Of a stretch of 27,020 nt of DNA, positions 25,518-27,020 are shown piece by piece. Position 1 is the stretch's first letter. Each line of letters opens with the position of its first letter. The notes beneath the pieces were generated by a model. It saw only the letters and a program-made list of their open reading frames with translations, searched no databases and was not told the DNA's origin. Source of the stretch: Silvanigrellaceae bacterium (GTDB taxonomy: Bacteria > Bdellovibrionota_B > Oligoflexia > Silvanigrellales > Silvanigrellaceae); NCBI GenBank assembly GCA_049423385.1, contig JBMSQQ010000046.1:1-27020 (forward strand). The letters run 5' to 3'. Made by a program: the position numbers and the translations under genes.

Positions 25518-27020
25518 ATGAGTGTTGCAGGCGAACTGACAAGGAAAGTCTATTGGTCCCCTTACGGCGGCGAACTCGGGGCCCTTTTGAAGCAATCAAC
25601 ATATTTTTGGTTGATTTTGGCCGTTGCGGTCATGGCATGGGGAGTCTGGCGCAGGGTTCAAATCTGGCGCATCGGCAAGCCCGAGGCAGCATTCGACAGA
25701 CCTCTTGAGCGCTTGCTGCGCATGCTGAAAGGCACGCTCGGTCAGGCAAAGGTTTTGCGCGCGCGACGCATGCGCGATCCCAAACCGCGTTCATACTTTG
25801 CAGCGTGGATGCACGGACTCATCTTCTATGGATTCATGGCTCTGGTGTTTGCGACGACCATTGTTGCGCTCAAGGAATACAACATCGTCGATATTTATCA
25901 TGGCTCGTTCTATGCCTTCGTTGTTGTCGTGTCTGAGTTGGGCGGACTTGCACTGACCATTGGTCTTGGGATGGGTGTGTTCCGTCGTTCCACACGCCGC
26001 GATGAATTCAAGCATGCCCTCGATTATTCCGTTCTCTACGCTCTTCTTTTTGTACTTTGCGTTCAGGGATTCCTGCTCGAAGGATTCCGCCTGGCCATGG
26101 ACAAAAACGCCGCCGATTCAGGTTTGAGTTTTGTAGGGCAGTTTTTCGCATTGATCTTTCCGGCCGACATGGAGCAACAGACTGCGCAAAATACCTATTC
26201 TGGCTTGTGGTACTTCCACATGCTCACGACCATGGGCTTCATTGCGCTCATTCCCTACACGCGCGCGATGCACATCGTCACCGCCTCGCTCAATCTCTAC
26301 ACGCAACGTTTTGAGCCGAATGTTTTGTTGCCCAAGGTCGATTTCGAAAATGCTGAGTCAGAGTATTTTGGTCAGCGCTCGGTCATGGACTTCAGCTGGA
26401 AAGACATGTTGAGTTTCGACAGCTGCACCGAATGTCGCCGTTGTACCGATATTTGTCCGGCGAATGCCGTTGGCAAGGCGCTTGATCCACGCCAGGTGAT
26501 GCTCAAGCTGCGCGACAGCATGTTGGTTGAAGCGCAGTTGCCGGCCGACAAGCGCAACGCCGAAGAAAATTATCTTTATGAGTCCGGCCGCATCACCAAT
26601 GAAGAAATTTGGGCTTGCACCAACTGTGGCGGATGCGTCAACGAATGTCCTGTGGGCATCGATCAATTGCGCGGGATCATGCAATTGCGCCGCTATCAGA
26701 CGCTCACTCTGGGCGAAATTCCGCCGACCGCCGGCAAGGCGATCGAGAACATCAAGCAGCACAAGAATCCATGGGGTGTTTCGCATGCCGATCGCTTCAA
26801 GTGGGCTGAAGGTCTGGACGTCCCGGTCATCACCGGCGAGTCGCCCGAGGTTGAGTATCTGTATTACGTCGGTTGTGCCGGTTCATATGATGCAGGAAAC
26901 CAGAAAGTGGCGCGTTCGGTTGTGAAAATTCTCAAAGCCTGCGGCGTGGATTTTGCAGTGTTGGGCAAGGCAGAGCAGTGCAATGGTGAACCCGTGAAGC
27001 GGCTGGGCGACGAATACAGC
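25518..27020 (+). CDS. FadF/EtfD-like membrane Fe-S oxidoreductase (partial, runs off window)
   Basis: Not in the ORF track. Own translation from ATG 25518 (GAGGAG RBS): TM region with MHGLIFYGF and FHML..MHI, two ferredoxin motifs CTECRRCTDICP and CTNCGGCVNECP, NPWG, and a CCG domain start YVGCAGSYD...EQCNGE. Confidence 0.9.
   Translation, partial: MSVAGELTRKVYWSPYGGELGALLKQSTYFWLILAVAVMAWGVWRRVQIWRIGKPEAAFDRPLERLLRMLKGTLGQAKVLRARRMRDPKPRSYFAAWMHGLIFYGFMALVFATTIVALKEYNIVDIYHGSFYAFVVVVSELGGLALTIGLGMGVFRRSTRRDEFKHALDYSVLYALLFVLCVQGFLLEGFRLAMDKNAADSGLSFVGQFFALIFPADMEQQTAQNTYSGLWYFHMLTTMGFIALIPYTRAMHIVTASLNLYTQRFEPNVLLPKVDFENAESEYFGQRSVMDFSWKDMLSFDSCTECRRCTDICPANAVGKALDPRQVMLKLRDSMLVEAQLPADKRNAEENYLYESGRITNEEIWACTNCGGCVNECPVGIDQLRGIMQLRRYQTLTLGEIPPTAGKAIENIKQHKNPWGVSHADRFKWAEGLDVPVITGESPEVEYLYYVGCAGSYDAGNQKVARSVVKILKACGVDFAVLGKAEQCNGEPVKRLGDEYS

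Noticed and set aside
1..27020. CRISPR array, IS/integrase, phage or defence genes
   Set aside because: No regularly spaced repeats or recognisable recombinase, nuclease or phage motifs were seen.

Overview
Gene-dense (~53% GC by eye) bacterial chromosomal segment. The gene mix (TrmFO, FadF-like oxidoreductase, DUF1573, HEAT and TPR proteins, many Cys-rich orphan lipoproteins) suggests a Bdellovibrionota/Oligoflexia-like or other delta-type organism; this is inference only. About 23 coding regions are supported: a Sel1-like fragment, a FapA/DUF342-like protein, a degenerate GT-C-like membrane protein, a PHP metallohydrolase, lnt, DUF1573, a small membrane protein, HEAT, VOC, ftsY, a tandem-repeat lipoprotein, an orphan exported protein, TPR, a REC-GGDEF cyclase, a YheT-like hydrolase, ribB with a C-terminal extension, an SLT transglycosylase, two lipoproteins, trmFO, hldD and a partial fadF-like gene, plus an ftsY pseudogene. 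No CRISPR, rRNA, tRNA, transposase or integrase was seen. Two things stand out. (1) ftsY is followed by an orphan lipoprotein gene and then a second, decayed ftsY 3' segment. Its substitutions are mostly synonymous and its two in-frame deletions remove the GTPase motifs, suggesting cargo capture by recombination into ftsY. (2) The 325-bp divergent spacer before hldD holds a minus-strand four-way-junction RNA candidate with a strong intrinsic terminator, followed by a sigma-28-like promoter.
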